Source of the DNA: Conidiobolus incongruus B7586
Lineage: Eukaryota
Assembly (NCBI GenBank): GCA_000697335.1
Contig: JNEM01011700.1
Coordinates: 1-41,352 of the forward strand
Length of the DNA stretch: 41,352 nt
Direction of reading: 5' to 3'
The position numbers and the translations under genes are program-made. The notes beneath the pieces were generated by a model, which worked only from the letters and a program-made list of their open reading frames with translations, was not told the origin of the DNA and made no database searches. Position 1 is the first letter of the stretch, and each line of letters begins with the position of its first letter. Below, in pieces: positions 36,132 to 41,352 of this stretch.

Positions 36132-37625
36132 CTATAATAGTAATTGTAAACAATAATTAAATGTAATACCAACGAAAAGACCCCATTGAATTTCGAAAAG
36201 AATGACAGAGATAAAGAGGGTAAAAAATTTGACAAATTTTTTGATATCATTTCTATATAATTGAGGTAATTTTTTAATATCTCCCATCAATTTGCTGCAA
36301 CTGATGAGAATAATTGCTGTGAGCGTTGGCTTGGGCAAATAAACAAATGCGTCGGAAAATTGAATTAAAACAAGGCTGACAATGATTAAACTGGTGAAAT
36401 TACCAATTTGAGATTTGGAATTTGATTGGTGGTATACTACAGTTCGAGTCAATGAGCCACAGTTGGGTAAGCATCCGAATAAACTGCCAAATATGCTACT
36501 CACTCCCAAAGCTCTCAGCTCTTGATTTGCGTCGATTTCATAGCATTCTTTGGCTGCATATGATTCAACAATAGACAATGTAATTAAATAGACGATTGCA
36601 GCAAGCACAAACGTTGGCAATAATAAATTTTTGAGTAAACTTAAGTCCAATAGTCGAGTAGGGATATGAAATTGTGGTAACCCACTTGGTATGCTGCCTA
36701 CCGTTTTGATACCTAACCAGATGTTTAATCTAAACAACCACACAATGGTACTTGCCAACACTGTAATCACTAAAAATTCAGGAATTTGAAAGCCTCTTCG
36801 GCGTCCTAAACTAGTATTTAAAAGAGGCGTAGCATCCGACAAAACTGCAGTAGTTCTATCATTATATCGCTGAATAGCAATCAAAATAAAAAGATTAACC
36901 ATTGTAAAACCAAAAGTAGGCCAATGTACTTCATTAAGGTGAGTGAATACATAGTACCATTTACGCACCATGACTAGAAAATATCCTTTGAACTGAGGCA
37001 GTACAAGACCTAAGCCATTTTGAATTTGAGTAGTGATAATAAACACCGTTACTCCACTGATAAATCCTTTAATCACGTATTCATCCATAAATCTTTGTTT
37101 AATCATTTTTCCAACGCCTAAAACACCCATGATAAGCTGAAATATGCCACAGTAAAAGCTCATGGCAAATACTATTTCTAAATAGTCAGGGTCGTTTATA
37201 GTTATGCTTGCGCTTATTCCTTTCTCAGCTAGATAAATAGGATAACAGGTTTGAAATACTACAGAGCTCACTAAAGTAAAAACTCCTGATACTAAATGAC
37301 GACTTGTACCAAGTAAAAAATATATAAATATTGGGAAAATACACGTATAAATACCATGAACAGGAGGAAGACCTAAATCATATTAACTAAAATTCAAACA
37401 ATATATATTATTATAAAAATTTTACCAGATATCAAAGCATATGCTAATGCTTGCGGAAGCACCATAGTAGTAATGGCTAAATGAATAAGATTAATATTAT
37501 AAATTAACAACACTAATTACATATCACATACTTATACCAGCTAAAAAATCATCCTTTAAATTATGCTTAAAATCATAGTTAGGAAGCCAGTTGGTAATAG
37601 GTAAATACTGTTTAATTGGATTCAT
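36132..37625 (-). CDS. SulP/SLC26 family anion (sulfate) transporter; exons 37625-37532, 37476-37426, 37372-36132 (461 aa)
   Basis: GT-AG introns 37531-37477 and 37425-37373 give MNPIKQYLPITNWLPNYDFKHNLKDDFLAGITITTMVLPQALAYALISGLPPVHGIYTCIFPIFIYFLLGTSRHLVSG, the SLC26 signature. Later motifs GFISG, VGSIPSGLP, DANQELRALG and GSLTRT. Confidence 0.93.
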
Positions 37626-40600
37626 ATTTATAATGTTTAATAAACTGAATTAATATATTTCAATATTATATAACCCTAATTAACTAATAATCTGACAAAG
37701 ATTAATGATTCAAATTGCTTTTATACTAAATGAACCGATTCAAAATCACGCTTTGATTAAATTTACAATCATCCAGTTTAACCAATTTGAGAAAATACAA
37801 GAATCATAATCTTTTTTATCCATATTTTAATTCAATTTAATCTCAACTCAATTTGATGATTTTCTATTTAACTATTCTGAGATTGACAACTCTTATAGTC
37901 TCTCTCCTATACATATATTAATAGAAATTTATAATAAAAAATATTATATTTTATGAATAAAAGAGCAAAATATTATTATTATTTAAGATCTAATAACTTC
38001 AGTTTTAATACATTTAGAGATATTTAATTGAAAGTTTTTTATTCTACCAAAGAAATAAAGATTCGATTCAACTTTCTAATTAGCATAAATAGTGTTTTTG
38101 TCTAGTGATTATCAAATCAAAAAGCGAGATTAGAGCATGATTATAAAGATAGAATATGATTATTTGAAAAAATATTTATATTACCTTTTAATATTTCAAT
38201 TATTGAGTATTTACTTTAATTTCAATTTAATCCTCGGAAAATTTAATAATGGATAAAGATTATTTAATAAAATTTTTATAATTTAACATAATATTTTTTT
38301 CAATAAGTCTAGATTTTTTAATATTGACAAGAGGTTTTGCAATTTTAAAATCATAATGCTAACAAGAAATTATCAAATTTGTTAATGATTGGATTTTATA
38401 TATTTATCTATAATTAATTATAATATCAAAAATAATATTTTCAATTAATATTTTTTTAAATTGTTTATAATAATTATTATTAATAAATGAATTCAATTTT
38501 AAACCTTTTAATATTGAACATATGCTGAATTTATTAAAATTACTTAAAAAATATTACTATTATATATTTCTCAGTAATTTCCTGCTTTAATCATGATACA
38601 ATTATTCCATTTCCGATTTTATAATAACTTGATTAACTATAAAGTGAGAGTTGTATTTAATTTATATATTTATAGGATTTCATATATATTTTCAATATCC
38701 ATAATATTTTTTTACAATATACTCAAATGATCAGGGGTATTAATGAAAAATTTAGAATTTTTAATAAATTATATTATTTCACCAGTATATGTTGGTAAAT
38801 GATTGTATAACTATTATTATTTAATCTATTTTCTTGTTATGACGAATTATGTGATCTATAACTCTAATACTACATCAAATACTATTTTATTTTAAATTAC
38901 TTATAACATGTTTATATATTATAGTATTCTTTAACAATAATTGAAATAATTAATAAGAATATTGAGACCAAACAAATATAAGTTGATTGTTGGTTCAGGG
39001 AGCCACAAATAGTGTTCTCTTAGAGTATTAAGTACATGGAAGGTTATTACAACTGTCAACATCTTTTATACAAACCCAATCTTGATGCTAATTAAAAGTT
39101 CCACAACTTTACAAAAGAGAGTTAATATAAATATAAAAACATAGTGTTGTATACAATCCCAATGGAAGTGGTGGGAGGTTATGGTCTATCTTATCAGGTT
39201 TACTAGGTGTAGAAGTATTATAGAACCAATTCTACATTATTCGATAAATATTGTTTCAGATAATAAAAATATAATTTGTGTATTATAGAATAGTTTTATA
39301 TATAATGAATATAGATGTTTTGTTTAAAGTATTGCCTTTAATAAAATATGATATTTTATATTAAACTAGAGTAAAAGGGGCTTACTAATACAGTAGCCAG
39401 AAATTGCTAGGAGTTCCTCTATTATTGAAGTTTTCCAGTAAACTTATAATAGCGTATGATTGTTGGGTAAATGAAAGTATATTATGGCAAAGAATTAGTC
39501 TGGTTATGAAAAGGAAAGTTTTATTATTATTCTCAAAGTATATATTATATGATTTTAACTTAAATTTTTAATATTTTAATCACCATTATATCAATAAATC
39601 TCAATCTATAATATATCTTTTATATTTGATTACCATATCTATATGATTTAATATTAATATAAATTTTCAAATTGTTCAGGTTTATTAATCTTTCACTATT
39701 GATAATCTGTATTGAAATACCTTGATTACCTGCTTGTAATCTGTTATAAAATTTTAGAAATATATATGTGTTATATTCACGACTATTATGAATAGTGGAA
39801 CTTATTATTCTATATATTTTGAGTATCAAATTATTATAAAATAATAGAATTTGACAGCAATATTATATATATACTCTTATAATAGGGATTATTTATTTTA
39901 ATAAATATATCATAAAGATCAATAATATCTTAATATTATTATATAATTATACCAATATCATCCAAAGTCATTTTCAACTATTTATAATCATTCAAAACTA
40001 TTATTTTATTTTAAAATATCAAATATCAATTATTAAGCAATAATATCACTATATATCTTATAATGTTTACTTAAAATAACTTGAAATATTTTTAATTGAA
40101 AATATTAGCAATTATTTTAAATATTAAATAAAATAAAAGGATTGATATATATTTGTTTTACAATAGTTAAATAATATAATGATATGGTTGATTTTGAATA
40201 TATATATTATTGATATTATAATTTATATTAATAAATTAAATAATCTATATTTAAACACAATATATTAGAGTTATATATCTTTAATTTAATTAAGCAATAC
40301 TTAGATTTTTATAAAGTTTAATGAATTAAATAATCCTAAAATACATTATTCATAAAATATTTGAAAAATATTAAAATTAGAATAATTATTAATATGAAAA
40401 ATTAATTACTATAATTTAAAAATTATCTAAATTCAAAATTATTAAAAATTAAATTAAATTTCATTATTAAATATTATTATTAGCTATATTCAAGCTAATT
40501 TATAATAAAATATAATAATATCTATATCACTGTATTTATTATTTAATAAAAATAATATTTATATAATTAATATATATTTTTACCTTTTTTTTATTAATAA

Positions 40601-41352
40601 AATTTTGGATGGATAGTAATAATTAATGATATTTGACAATTGATATTAAATATTGCATTGTAAAAACCATTAATAGACTTATTCAAATTTGTCCTGATTT
40701 TTGATTTTCCTGGCTTTTTTGAAAGATTATTGAAATATACTCAAACATAACCCAATAAGTAAATTAGTGACTTTTTCTCATTATTTGCTCTAAAATTATT
40801 ATTATAGTTTATTATTTTAAATTTTTTTTTCTTAAATTAGAAAATATATAATATTTTTTAAAATAACCTTATTAGCTTTAATTTTTAATATATAATAAAA
40901 AAGAAATAATAGAGTTCTTTATTATATTTATTAAAATTAATTTTGATATGAATTTAAATAATCCGGTGTTTTTAAAATTATTATATAAATTGAAAACCTT
41001 AAGATATATATTTTAATAACTATTATATATATTATAAAAGTTTATATTTAAATTTCTTTCTAAACAAAATAATTTTAAAAGATAAATAAAAATGCCAAAG
41101 GTTAAATATTTTAACTTATCAATATTCTATAATTATATATAAATTTTACTTCTTATTATTAAAAAAATATTTTTAAAAATTTAATTACCAAATATAATTT
41201 ACCAATTAAATTACAAAAAAGCATGTTTAAAAAATATAATAGGAAAGTTTTAAGTAAAAAAAGAATTATCATTATAAATATATTAAATAGTATATTAAAT
41301 TAAAAAAAATTAATTAATTCAATAATTTGGTTAGAATATTATTATAATATAA

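Noticed and set aside
38960..39560. GC-richer patch with hydrophobic, stop-interrupted frames
   Set aside because: Could be a decayed gene, but no family or boundaries can be supported.

Overview
Very AT-rich eukaryotic DNA with short (about 50-60 nt) spliceosomal introns. It is fungal judging by the Dhh1 and SPX-RING proteins, and most likely from an early-diverging lineage such as Zoopagomycota/Entomophthoromycotina (inference only). Ordinary genes: an SPX-RING E3 ligase, the DEAD-box helicase DHH1/DDX6 (3 exons), a SulP/SLC26 anion transporter that appears to lack its STAS domain (3 exons), U5 snRNA, tRNA-Val(AAC) and tRNA-Asp(GTC). A tRNA-Val pseudogene and a Pop7/Rpp20-like gene with two in-frame stops are also present. 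The middle 20 kb is a same-strand tandem array of at least nine intronless VC0807-like membrane-protein genes: 3 intact, 1 with a single frameshift, 5 decayed. Three DD34D mariner transposon copies (two full-length, about 1.3 kb) are hidden in what looks like AT-rich filler. Their conserved motifs have been destroyed almost entirely by C>T/G>A transitions, mostly in CpA/TpG context. This RIP-like signature is the most notable signal in the window. A solo LTR, a MITE-like element and two unexplained GC-rich islands are also present.
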